Shown in pieces: positions 9,455-17,940 of a stretch of DNA of 23,989 nucleotides. The stretch's first letter is position 1. Each line of letters opens with the position of its first letter. Source of the DNA: Candidatus Coprovivens sp. (GTDB taxonomy: Bacteria; Bacillota_I; Bacilli_A; RF39; UBA660); contig JBJFGS010000012.1 in NCBI GenBank assembly GCA_051892935.1, positions 1 through 23,989 on the forward strand. Reading direction: 5' to 3'. The notes under the pieces are model-generated. The model was not told the DNA's origin. It worked only from the letters and a program-made list of their open reading frames with translations, and made no database searches. The translations under genes were made by a program, and so were the position numbers.

Positions 9455-9679
9455 ATTTTTAGTATTTTTTACTATAATAGCGGAAAAAATGGCATACATG
9501 TAATAAACTACTTAACGAATATCTATTAGTCTTTCAACTATATCACTAATCTCTTTCACTAAAAAGAAAGATAAATATATAAGAATCACTATGATATTAA
9601 TTAAGTATAATTTGCTAAATATATAGACTTTATATAGACTAGATGATAAATATAATTATCTATATATAGAGCTTATAAA

Positions 9680-9718
9680 TAATAGTTGGGATATATTAAA
9701 ATATGTCCCCAACTATTA
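9680..9718. repeat. inverted repeat (hairpin/operator)
   Basis: TAATAGTTGGG (9680-9690) / CCCAACTATTA (9708-9718) perfect 11-bp arms, just upstream of the RBS of 9736. Confidence 0.7.
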
Positions 9719-9735
9719 AATTAAGGAGGAAATAA

Positions 9736-10122
9736 ATGTTAGAAATAGATTATACTAAAGATTATTTATATAATGAAGAATTACAAAAATTAACTGAACA
9801 AATAAATAATACTCATAAAAATATTGATGAAATAAAATTTGTTACAGATTTATTTCACAATGGAATATGTTGCATTGGAGATGTTTTAAGATTAATAGAA
9901 CAACTAAAAGCAAAAGGGGTCAAAAGTTTAAAATATTGTAATGAGAATTTTTCTTTAAAAAGAATATATGGTTTGGTTAATAGAGATGACACATTATATG
10001 ATATAGATAATTATTATTTTAATCCAAAATACCCAGTAGCGTCTTTATTATTAGGGCTTACAAAAACATTAGAGGAACAGTTATATTGGGAAAATGATTA
10101 TGATAATAATTCCACTTTTTAA
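9736..10122 (+). CDS. hypothetical protein
   Basis: 128 aa, TAAGGAGG RBS. Confidence 0.75.
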   Translation: MLEIDYTKDYLYNEELQKLTEQINNTHKNIDEIKFVTDLFHNGICCIGDVLRLIEQLKAKGVKSLKYCNENFSLKRIYGLVNRDDTLYDIDNYYFNPKYPVASLLLGLTKTLEEQLYWENDYDNNSTF

Positions 10123-10246
10123 TTTTGCTAAAGGACTTGTATTTATAATTTAAATTTGTTTTAATTTAAGATTAAGAACGTAATATAGTATTAAAATTAA
10201 TATTTCAAGAATAAAGTAAATAAGATTAATAGAGGAGGTATTAAAT

Positions 10247-10342
10247 ATGAGTAAAGTTGAAAAGTTTAATAAGTTTAAAGAATTAATTCTATCGTATTTA
10301 GTAGATGAATTAAATAATACGAAGGTTAGCAAATCATTTTAA
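10247..10342 (+). CDS. 31-aa small ORF immediately upstream of the integrase
   Basis: GAGGAGGT RBS. MSKVEKFNKFKELILSYLVDELNNTKVSKSF*. Not in the ORF track. Confidence 0.55.
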   Translation: MSKVEKFNKFKELILSYLVDELNNTKVSKSF

Positions 10343-10356
10343 TTGATTTGCTTTTT

Positions 10357-12018
10357 ATGATGACAGAAGAAAAAATTGTAAATTCTCAATTTAATGCCGG
10401 AATATATATTAGACTTTCACAGGAGGATGCAGATAAAAAATATGAAGCAGATAGTGAAAGCGTTATAAACCAAAGAACTCTTCTTAGAAACTATGTTAAA
10501 GAAAATAATTTTAATCTTATAGATGAATATGTAGATGATGGATACACTGGAACAGATTTTGATAGACCAAGTTTTAAAAGAATGTTAGAAGATATAAAAA
10601 ATAAAAGAATTAATTTAGTTATAGTAAAAGATTTGTCTAGGTTTGGTAGAGATCATGTTATGACTGGTTATTATACTGAAACTTTTTTTCCTGAAAACAA
10701 AATAAGATTTATATCTGTTTTAGAGTGTATAGATACATTTAAAAATCAAGCAAGTAATGATTCAGCAACTTTTATACAAGCTTTTAATGATTTTTATAGT
10801 AAACAAAATTCTATAAAAATAAAAAGAGCATTGGACGATAAAAGAAAAGAAGGAAAATATATTGGGAGTTTACCACCATTTGGGTATATAAGGGACCCCA
10901 AAGATAAGGGACATCTTATCCCTAATAAAGAAGTTGCACATATTGTTACAGAAATCTTTAAAATGAGGTCAAATGGTGTAGGGGTTTCTGATATCACTAC
11001 AATGTTAAATAAAAAGAAATATCCAACACCAAGTGCATATAAAGGAACTAAATTTTCTTCAAGGTTAATAGAAAATAGTGTATGGAATATCTCATCTGTA
11101 AAAAAGATATTATCTAATAGAGTTTATTGTGGGGATATGGTACAAAAGAAACAAGCAAAGGTAAGTTATAAATCAAAGAAGAAAATTACACTTCCAGAAA
11201 ATATGAATTATATTGTGGAAAATACGCATGAACCTTTAATTGATAAACAGACATATGAATATGTTCAAGTATTAACTCATAGTAGGATTAAAACTTCTAA
11301 AATAAAAACTGATAGAAAGAAAAGGTTATTTGAGGGTTTATTATTCTGTAAGGAATGCACTAATAGATTATCTGTTAACTATAGAAGTAATTTAGATTAT
11401 TGGTCTATCAATTGTAATAGATATTCAAGGGATCCAATGAGGGGAAGATGTTATCCACATTTTTTTCCATATGAACTTTTAGAGGAACAATTATTATCTG
11501 AATTCAATAAAATTTTAAATGATTATGTTAAAGATTTGGATATAGATGAATTAAATAATGAAGTTAATAAAAGGGTAAAAAATGAAACTGTGGATTATAA
11601 TAAAACATTATTAGATATGGAAGCAAATAAAGAAAAACTATTAAACAAATTATCTTTATTGTATGATGACAAACTTGAAGGAATTATTTCGGCTATTGTT
11701 TATAAGGAAATGAGTTTAAAAACAGAAAAAGATATAGAAAATATAAATAATTCTATACAAGAAATAAAAAATAAAATTAAAATAATTAATAAACAAGCAG
11801 ATGTTATACCTACATTTCATAAGCAAATAAAAAGATTATTAGATTTAGAAAAACCTAAAAAAGAATTGCTTCAAACTTTGATTAGTAGAATAGAAATTGA
11901 TAAGGATAGAAATATTACATTTAAATTTAAGTTTAATGTAATTGATGATTATACTTTTACTTATAAAAATATAAATAAACCAAGAAATCCATATGGGAGA
12001 AAAGGTAAAAATAATTAA
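10357..12018 (+). CDS. large serine recombinase (resolvase, recombinase, Zn-ribbon and coiled-coil domains; TnpX/TndX/SpoIVCA-like)
   Basis: YIRLS catalytic motif, DDGYTG..FDRPSF, VKDLSRFGR, PPFGY, NTHEPLI, GLLFCKEC. Uninterrupted. Start could be TTG 10348. Confidence 0.95.
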   Translation: MMTEEKIVNSQFNAGIYIRLSQEDADKKYEADSESVINQRTLLRNYVKENNFNLIDEYVDDGYTGTDFDRPSFKRMLEDIKNKRINLVIVKDLSRFGRDHVMTGYYTETFFPENKIRFISVLECIDTFKNQASNDSATFIQAFNDFYSKQNSIKIKRALDDKRKEGKYIGSLPPFGYIRDPKDKGHLIPNKEVAHIVTEIFKMRSNGVGVSDITTMLNKKKYPTPSAYKGTKFSSRLIENSVWNISSVKKILSNRVYCGDMVQKKQAKVSYKSKKKITLPENMNYIVENTHEPLIDKQTYEYVQVLTHSRIKTSKIKTDRKKRLFEGLLFCKECTNRLSVNYRSNLDYWSINCNRYSRDPMRGRCYPHFFPYELLEEQLLSEFNKILNDYVKDLDIDELNNEVNKRVKNETVDYNKTLLDMEANKEKLLNKLSLLYDDKLEGIISAIVYKEMSLKTEKDIENINNSIQEIKNKIKIINKQADVIPTFHKQIKRLLDLEKPKKELLQTLISRIEIDKDRNITFKFKFNVIDDYTFTYKNINKPRNPYGRKGKNN

Positions 12019-12067
12019 TTCCAACTTTTTTTGTAGTATAATATATGTGAAAAAGAGTTGGTGATGA

Positions 12068-13213
12068 TTGTTGAAATATGAAGATAAAATTAAAAAATTA
12101 ATGTCTCTAAATGATTTTATTAATGGAAAATACCAAGATGATATACTTTTAGTTTTAGACAAAAACTTTAATGATGATAAATGGGGAATTATATGTGCAG
12201 TTATGAATTGGTTTGATGTAGTAAAAGGATACATAAATAAGGATAATATACTAAGAGAACAGACTGCTGATTATAATTGGGGAAATGTTTATTTATATAT
12301 AACTGCCGTTGATATTATATCTAAAGGTATTAATAACTTATATAAAATAATTACAAATGATAATAAGCATTTATTTAAGGGTGAAAAAGATATTTTTAAT
12401 GATAATGTAGTTGATGATAATCATTATTTTCAAAATATTAGAGCTATTTTTGGAGCACATTCTACAGAATTAGATGGTAATGGGGATTTCATTGTTGCAA
12501 CATATCCAACCCCATATGATAAAAACAAAAATATTATATTTGAAAAGGAAAATGATAGGGATTATTATACTTTGCTTTGGAGTAAAGAAAAATCAGAATC
12601 ATTAAATCAAAAGGCATTTGGATTTAGCTTTGATAATGTTGATAGATATTTAGATAAATATATATTATATTTAGATGATTTTTATAAACATTTATTATTA
12701 ATGATTAAACAATATAAAGATAAAATATCTGAAAAAAAGATAAATAAAATTACAGATTATAGCAAACAATTAAATCTTCTAAAAATAGAGGATGAAAAAA
12801 GATTAAGAAGTAAATATAGTTATGAATTGGATTGTCTTATTATCTTATTAAATATTAAAATTACTGATGAGCAAAACGAAAAATTATATCAGCCATATAG
12901 GGAAAAAATAAAAGAGATAATACCACAAGTATACAACGTTATACAAAACCCTAATAAATTTGATAATCTTGATTTTTTGAATAATATTATAGATTGTCCT
13001 ATAACAGATATTACTAATATGACTTCATATTACTATTCAAAATTATTAGAACATGAAAATAATGAGAGTATGAGTAATATGTTAATAGAACATTTTAAAA
13101 AACATATTTTACCATTTAACGAAAATATTAGAAATATTAGCGAATTATTTTGTTTATTGAAAGCTTTTAATTATTATAATTTTATGAATAAAAGTGAAAA
13201 TGCTGTGTTATAA
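12068..13213 (+). CDS. hypothetical protein, putative HEPN-like (RxxxxxH)
   Basis: 381 aa, helical-looking N-terminal region with QNIRAIFGAH motif. Confidence 0.65.
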   Translation: MLKYEDKIKKLMSLNDFINGKYQDDILLVLDKNFNDDKWGIICAVMNWFDVVKGYINKDNILREQTADYNWGNVYLYITAVDIISKGINNLYKIITNDNKHLFKGEKDIFNDNVVDDNHYFQNIRAIFGAHSTELDGNGDFIVATYPTPYDKNKNIIFEKENDRDYYTLLWSKEKSESLNQKAFGFSFDNVDRYLDKYILYLDDFYKHLLLMIKQYKDKISEKKINKITDYSKQLNLLKIEDEKRLRSKYSYELDCLIILLNIKITDEQNEKLYQPYREKIKEIIPQVYNVIQNPNKFDNLDFLNNIIDCPITDITNMTSYYYSKLLEHENNESMSNMLIEHFKKHILPFNENIRNISELFCLLKAFNYYNFMNKSENAVL

Positions 13214-13270
13214 TATTTGGTAATAAGTGTTGGTAAATCTATAAAATATACAGAAAGGAATTGTTTAACT

Positions 13271-14017
13271 ATGCAAAAATTTAGAGATTATATTTATTGT
13301 GATGAAAATAGAATAACTTCTTATATAAGTCAAATATCTGAACTGAATAAACTTGAAGTTTCTGGGAGTTATGAAAAAGAAACTGGTGTTGATGGTGGAA
13401 TAGATTTTAAATTAGCTAAGGCAGGCACTACAATAAGTGAAAAAACATCTACTAGCTATTCTGTAAATAGTAGTCCGTTAGAAAAAATAGTTAATTGGGC
13501 TTATGTTGATGATAATGCAATTAATTATGATGGACAAGATTTGGAGTCGGATGATAAAGACAAATTGATTGTTTTTAATGGTAAAATGACCGTTCCAGAA
13601 ATGAGTGAAAATATAGAAATTATCAATATGCTCGCTAAGAATACTGCATTATTTGATATGGTTTCTTTGTCAGAAGATGATAAAAGAACTATGTCATTTA
13701 TTAAAGAAAGTGATAATGTACCTATATTATTGGAATTAGATTCAGATTATATTTTTAATTGTAATTTGAAGAAAAATTGTATTATTGGCGATAAGGATGA
13801 TTTTTTTGATAATATAGATGATGAAATTACAATAATTGGTAGAATAGATAGAATTTATAATTCTGAAGAAGATATTGAAATTTATGATTTGGCAAAAGAA
13901 GTATTCAAAATGAACAGAACCATTAGAAGAAAAATTGATAAAGCCGCGTTAAAGGATGCAATTATTTATGAGAAAGGTCCGTTGGTAAAGATAACACCAA
14001 TTATAATTTACAAGTAA
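13271..14017 (+). CDS. DUF6414-like protein
   Basis: GAAAGGA RBS before ATG 13271. N-terminus RDYIYCDENRITSYISQI and C-terminus ITPIIIY resemble DUF6414. Confidence 0.65.
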   Translation: MQKFRDYIYCDENRITSYISQISELNKLEVSGSYEKETGVDGGIDFKLAKAGTTISEKTSTSYSVNSSPLEKIVNWAYVDDNAINYDGQDLESDDKDKLIVFNGKMTVPEMSENIEIINMLAKNTALFDMVSLSEDDKRTMSFIKESDNVPILLELDSDYIFNCNLKKNCIIGDKDDFFDNIDDEITIIGRIDRIYNSEEDIEIYDLAKEVFKMNRTIRRKIDKAALKDAIIYEKGPLVKITPIIIYK

Positions 14018-14019
14018 AA

Positions 14020-14064
14020 TAATTAAACTACACAGACAGTAATGCACGTGGTGGCGAGGGTGCT
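14020..14064. other. attR recombination site (core GGTG 14050-14053, arm CTACACA 14028-14034)
   Basis: 10/13 identity to attL 43-55. Host frame resumes here. Confidence 0.8.
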
Positions 14065-14994
14065 GAAATAATATATGCACTTCGTAATAATGATACTTTA
14101 AGTCGTAAAATATCTAATGAATTAGAAAATAGTGGAAGATTAGTTAGAAAGTATTATCAAAGAAGATATCCTAGTGATTCTAGTAAGGATTATTATTTTA
14201 TACATAGAAATACTGGGAATACAGAGGCTATTATTGTTGAGTATGGTTTTTTAGATAATTATAATGATGCTGAATTATTAAAAAAATATTGGAAAGACTA
14301 TGCTGAAGCAGTAGTAAAGGCTATTGCTAGTTATTTGGGCGTTCCTTATACTTTTACTGGAGAAATGGCTAATAAGAATTATTATATTGTAAAAGCTGGA
14401 GATAGCTTATGGAGTATATCTAAAAAATATGGATTAACTGTAGATAAATTAAAAGATCTTAACAATTTATCTAATAATATGTTAAGCGTTGGTCAGAAGT
14501 TATTAATAAAAGATACTAGTAGTAGTGAAAACTTAGGTGTTTATTATACTGTTAAAGCTGGCGATACTTTATATGGAATTGCACAAAAATATAATTTGAC
14601 TGTTGATGAATTAAAGAAAATTAATAATTTAAGTAGTAATAGCTTAAGTATTGGACAAAAATTATTAGTAAGTGGAACTGCTGAAGATATAATAAATGGT
14701 TCTGATTATGATACATATTTAGTTAAAAGTGGAGATAATCTATATGCTATAGCTAGAAAATATGGTACTACTGTTGATAATTTAAAAAAAATTAACAATT
14801 TGTCTAGTAATTTATTAAGTGTAGGTCAGAAGTTGTTAGTACCTAAGATTGAAAATAAAATATATGTTGTTAAAGCTGGAGATAGTTTATATAAAATTGC
14901 TCAAAATAATGGAACAACAGTTACTGATATAATTAATTTAAATGAATTACCGACCACTAATTTGAGTATTGGACAAGTTCTTTATTTACCTTGA
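14050..14994 (+). pseudogene. 3' fragment of interrupted Amidase_3 gene with 4 LysM domains
   Basis: Open frame from 14023: GGEGAEIIYALRN...DYYFIHRNTGNTEAIIVEYGFLDN (catalytic Glu) then four YxVKxGDxL..IA/S LysM repeats. No start codon ahead of the amidase residues. Confidence 0.9.
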
Positions 14995-15037
14995 ATGGGT
15001 TAGAGAAGACTTGTTCTTTTTTTGTTTTTTTAAATTC

Positions 15038-15204
15038 TTATTAACTTTTTGTTAAAAAGGTATTGACAAATCACTTTGTTATTAATAAAATGTTATTAAC
15101 AAGAGACGATTAGTCTCAGTAATTAATTAGTTTGATATTAATAAAATGATAATAAGTATATTATCAATTACGTTTAGTATCACTTATTAATAAAATGTTA
15201 TAAA
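15038..15204. promoter_or_regulatory. array of 21-bp NrtR-like operator boxes
   Basis: TTATTAATAAAATGTTATTAA 15079-99, ATATTAATAAAATGATAATAA 15135-55, TTATTAATAAAATGTTATAAA 15184-204, degenerate copy 15038-58. Confidence 0.65.
15063..15091 (+). promoter_or_regulatory. sigmaA promoter of NAD salvage operon
   Basis: TTGACA (15063-68), 17 bp, TAAAAT (15086-91). Confidence 0.8.
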
Positions 15205-15221
15205 GAAAAGGAAAGATAGTT

Positions 15222-15824
15222 GTGAAACAAAGAAAAGATATTAAAGAAATTAGTGAGTGTGTCTTTTTAATAGACATGAATGTAGGTTTTTGTGAAGAAG
15301 GTAATTTGGCTGATTCTACTATTAAACATATAGTGCCAAATATAATACCGATAATTAGGACAATACTAGAAAAAGGAGAAGGTTATTTTGTTGTTAATGA
15401 TAAACATACAACAAGTAGTGTAGAGCTTAATAGATATGCTGATCATTGTAGTACTGAAAAAGAATCTAGAACTATTAAAGAATTAGAAATATATGAAAAA
15501 TATGCTACTAGAACATTCTATAAGAATTCTACTTGTGCTTTATTTGCTCCTGGAATGATGGAAATGCTAATGGAAATGGTAAGTTTAAAGAGAGTAGTTA
15601 TTGTAGGATGTTGCACTGATATATGCATTCAAAATTTTGCAATAGCTTTAAGAAATTTCTTTGATGAATTAAATATGGATATTGAGATAATAGTTCCTAA
15701 GAATGCTGTTGAAACATTTCATATACCAGTGATACATGATAGAGAAGAAAATAATGATAGAGCTTATAAAGTAATGGAAAATGGTGGTATTACTTTAGTA
15801 AAAACAATGAAAGAAGGTTATTAA
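15222..15824 (+). CDS. pncA: nicotinamidase / cysteine hydrolase (isochorismatase family)
   Basis: IDMNVGF, DxH, HC, YKNS, GCCTDIC motifs. Adjacent to pncB. Confidence 0.85.
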   Translation: MKQRKDIKEISECVFLIDMNVGFCEEGNLADSTIKHIVPNIIPIIRTILEKGEGYFVVNDKHTTSSVELNRYADHCSTEKESRTIKELEIYEKYATRTFYKNSTCALFAPGMMEMLMEMVSLKRVVIVGCCTDICIQNFAIALRNFFDELNMDIEIIVPKNAVETFHIPVIHDREENNDRAYKVMENGGITLVKTMKEGY

Positions 15825-15825
15825 T

Positions 15826-17301
15826 ATGTCAAGAAATTTAACAATGATGACAGATTTTTACGAATTAACAATGAGTCAAGCTTATTTTAAGGCTGGAAAA
15901 AAAGATGAGGAAGCTGTATTTGACGCTTTCTTTAGAAAAAATCCACTAGGTGGTGGATATGGTGTTATGGGAGGATTAGATAAGATAATATCTTTTATTC
16001 AAAATATTCGTTTTGATGAAGATGATATTTCATATTTAAGAAGTACTGGTCAGTTTACTGAAGATTTTTTAGATTATTTAAGAAATTTTAAGTTTACAGG
16101 TAGTATTTATGCAATACCGGATGGTACTCCTGTATTTGGCAATGAACCATTGGTTACGGTTAAAGCACCTATTATTGAAGCACAAATAATTGAAACAATT
16201 TTGCTTTCATATTTAAATGAGAATATTTGTTTTACTACATCTGCTAGAAGAATAGTTGAAGCTGCTTCGCCAATTGGTGTTATGGAGTTTGGAGCAAGAC
16301 GTGCAATGGGACCTGAAGCAGCTGTAGATGCATCAAAATGTGCTGTTATTGCAGGATGTGTTGGAACAAGTAATGTATTGGCTGGACAAGAATATGGAGT
16401 ACCAGTTATGGGAACAATGGCACATAGTTTAGTTACTGAAGCAGATAGCGAATATGAAGCATTTTTAAATTATGCAAAAGCATATCCTAATAATTGTATA
16501 TTACTTGTTGATACATATGATGTATTAAAGAGTGGTATTCCTAATGCAATTAGAATAGCTAAGGAATACTTAATACCTAATGGTTATCAGTTAAAGGGGA
16601 TAAGAATTGATAGTGGGGATTTAGCTTACTTAAGTAAGGAAACTAAGAAAATGTTTGTTGAAGCTGGATTACCTGATGTAAAAATTTGTTTATCTAATGG
16701 ATTAAATGAACAAACAATTAAATCATTAAAGGAGCAAGAAGCAATTGTTGATTCTATTGGGCTTGGTGATAATATAGTATTACCAGATAAAGCAAGAGTT
16801 GGATGTGTCTATAAAAATGTTGCTGTTTTAAAAAACGGGGAATATATTTCAAAAATAAAAGTAAGTAATGATGCAGCTAAAGCTATTAATCCTGGATATA
16901 AGAAAGTATATAGATTTTATGACAAAAATACTGGATATGCTTTAGGTGATATTTTAGCATTATATGAGGAAAATATTCCTGAAAATGAATTTACTTTAAT
17001 AGATCCTTTAAATGAAAGTAATACTTTGACTATTAAGAATTATTTTGTTAGAGAGTTACAAGAAGTAATTTTTGAAAATGGACAATTAGTTTATAGAGAT
17101 CCTTCTATTAAAGAAAAGCAAAGATATTGTGAACAAGAAATGTCTACTATTTATCCAGAGGTTAAAAGATTAGAAAATCCACATGGTTATTATGTTGATC
17201 TTACTAGAAAGTTATTAGAATTAAAAAAAGAATTAATTCTTTTAGCTAAGAGTCAAAAAGTAGATAGTGGAGTTGATAAAAAATTAGAAAAAAGGTTATA
17301 A
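15826..17301 (+). CDS. pncB: nicotinate phosphoribosyltransferase
   Basis: TDFYELTM, EFGARRA, GTMAHS, LVDTYD, GIRIDSGDL. Confidence 0.96.
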   Translation: MSRNLTMMTDFYELTMSQAYFKAGKKDEEAVFDAFFRKNPLGGGYGVMGGLDKIISFIQNIRFDEDDISYLRSTGQFTEDFLDYLRNFKFTGSIYAIPDGTPVFGNEPLVTVKAPIIEAQIIETILLSYLNENICFTTSARRIVEAASPIGVMEFGARRAMGPEAAVDASKCAVIAGCVGTSNVLAGQEYGVPVMGTMAHSLVTEADSEYEAFLNYAKAYPNNCILLVDTYDVLKSGIPNAIRIAKEYLIPNGYQLKGIRIDSGDLAYLSKETKKMFVEAGLPDVKICLSNGLNEQTIKSLKEQEAIVDSIGLGDNIVLPDKARVGCVYKNVAVLKNGEYISKIKVSNDAAKAINPGYKKVYRFYDKNTGYALGDILALYEENIPENEFTLIDPLNESNTLTIKNYFVRELQEVIFENGQLVYRDPSIKEKQRYCEQEMSTIYPEVKRLENPHGYYVDLTRKLLELKKELILLAKSQKVDSGVDKKLEKRL

Positions 17302-17330
17302 TTATTTTTAGAAAGTATGGAGTGATTACA

Positions 17331-17939
17331 ATGGATGATTATAATAGAAGAAAAATGGTAAGAGCTTTTAATAATTTGAAAGTTGCTAGGAAGGAATTGA
17401 TTTCTACATATGAAGATGGTTATATTGGAAAAAGAGTTTATAGTGTAACTTTGAATGATGGATCTAGTAGGTTGTGTGAGCAAATTACTAAAAAAAATGA
17501 GAAAGGTGATGCTGTTGTTATTATTCCTATTACTGAAGATGGTAATTATGTAATGATAGTTGAGTCTAGACCTAATACAGAAGAAAGTGTAGTTTTGGAA
17601 TTTCCAGCTGGGATGGTTGATGATGGAGAGGAAGCTATTGTTGCAGCTACTAGAGAATTATTAGAAGAAACCGGTTATCGTCCTATGTCTATATATGAAT
17701 TAGAATGGCATTATCAAGATCAAGGATGTAGTAGTGCTATAATTAGAACATTTGTTGCAGAAGGCTGTAAAAAAGTTCAAGAAAAAGAAGAATCTGATGA
17801 TGAAAGATTAGAATATGTTGAAATGTCATATGATGATATATTAAAGTATATTAAAAGTCCTTCTATGACTGAGGGAATTAAAGATGCTAATTCTAAAATC
17901 GCTTTTTTGGAGTATACATTAAGAAAGAAAGGTTTATAA
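17331..17939 (+). CDS. Nudix hydrolase, ADP-ribose pyrophosphatase-like
   Basis: Nudix box EFPAGMVDDGEEAIVAATRELLEETGY. GGAG RBS favours ATG 17331 (GTG 17322 possible). Confidence 0.88.
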   Translation: MDDYNRRKMVRAFNNLKVARKELISTYEDGYIGKRVYSVTLNDGSSRLCEQITKKNEKGDAVVIIPITEDGNYVMIVESRPNTEESVVLEFPAGMVDDGEEAIVAATRELLEETGYRPMSIYELEWHYQDQGCSSAIIRTFVAEGCKKVQEKEESDDERLEYVEMSYDDILKYIKSPSMTEGIKDANSKIAFLEYTLRKKGL

Positions 17940-17940
17940 A

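Larger units (their letters stand above)
52..14053. mobile_element. ~14 kb integrative element (large serine recombinase type) inserted in the amidase-LysM gene
   Basis: Host gene split with in-frame rejoining. Shared core AATGCgggaGGTG (43-55) / AATGCacgtGGTG (14041-14053). Intact serine recombinase and accessory cargo inside. Confidence 0.9.

Noticed and set aside
52-14053. Intact prophage or conjugative element
   Set aside because: No terminase, portal, capsid, tail, lysis, relaxase or T4SS genes were recognised.
14380-14990. Nucleotide repeats such as AAAGCTGGAGATAG and GGTCAGAAGTT
   Set aside because: Explained by the four LysM domain repeats. Not a CRISPR array or DGR.
14335-14994. 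Stand-alone 219-aa LysM protein starting at TTG 14335
   Set aside because: No RBS, and the frame is open upstream to 14023 with amidase motifs. It is the tail of the split gene.
15079-15204. Mini-CRISPR array (21-bp repeats with 35- and 28-bp gaps)
   Set aside because: Repeats are short, degenerate and overlap a promoter, spacing is uneven, and there are no cas genes. An operator array fits better.
17331-17939. Nudix gene as nrtR
   Set aside because: About 200 aa with an intact Nudix box and no C-terminal winged helix.
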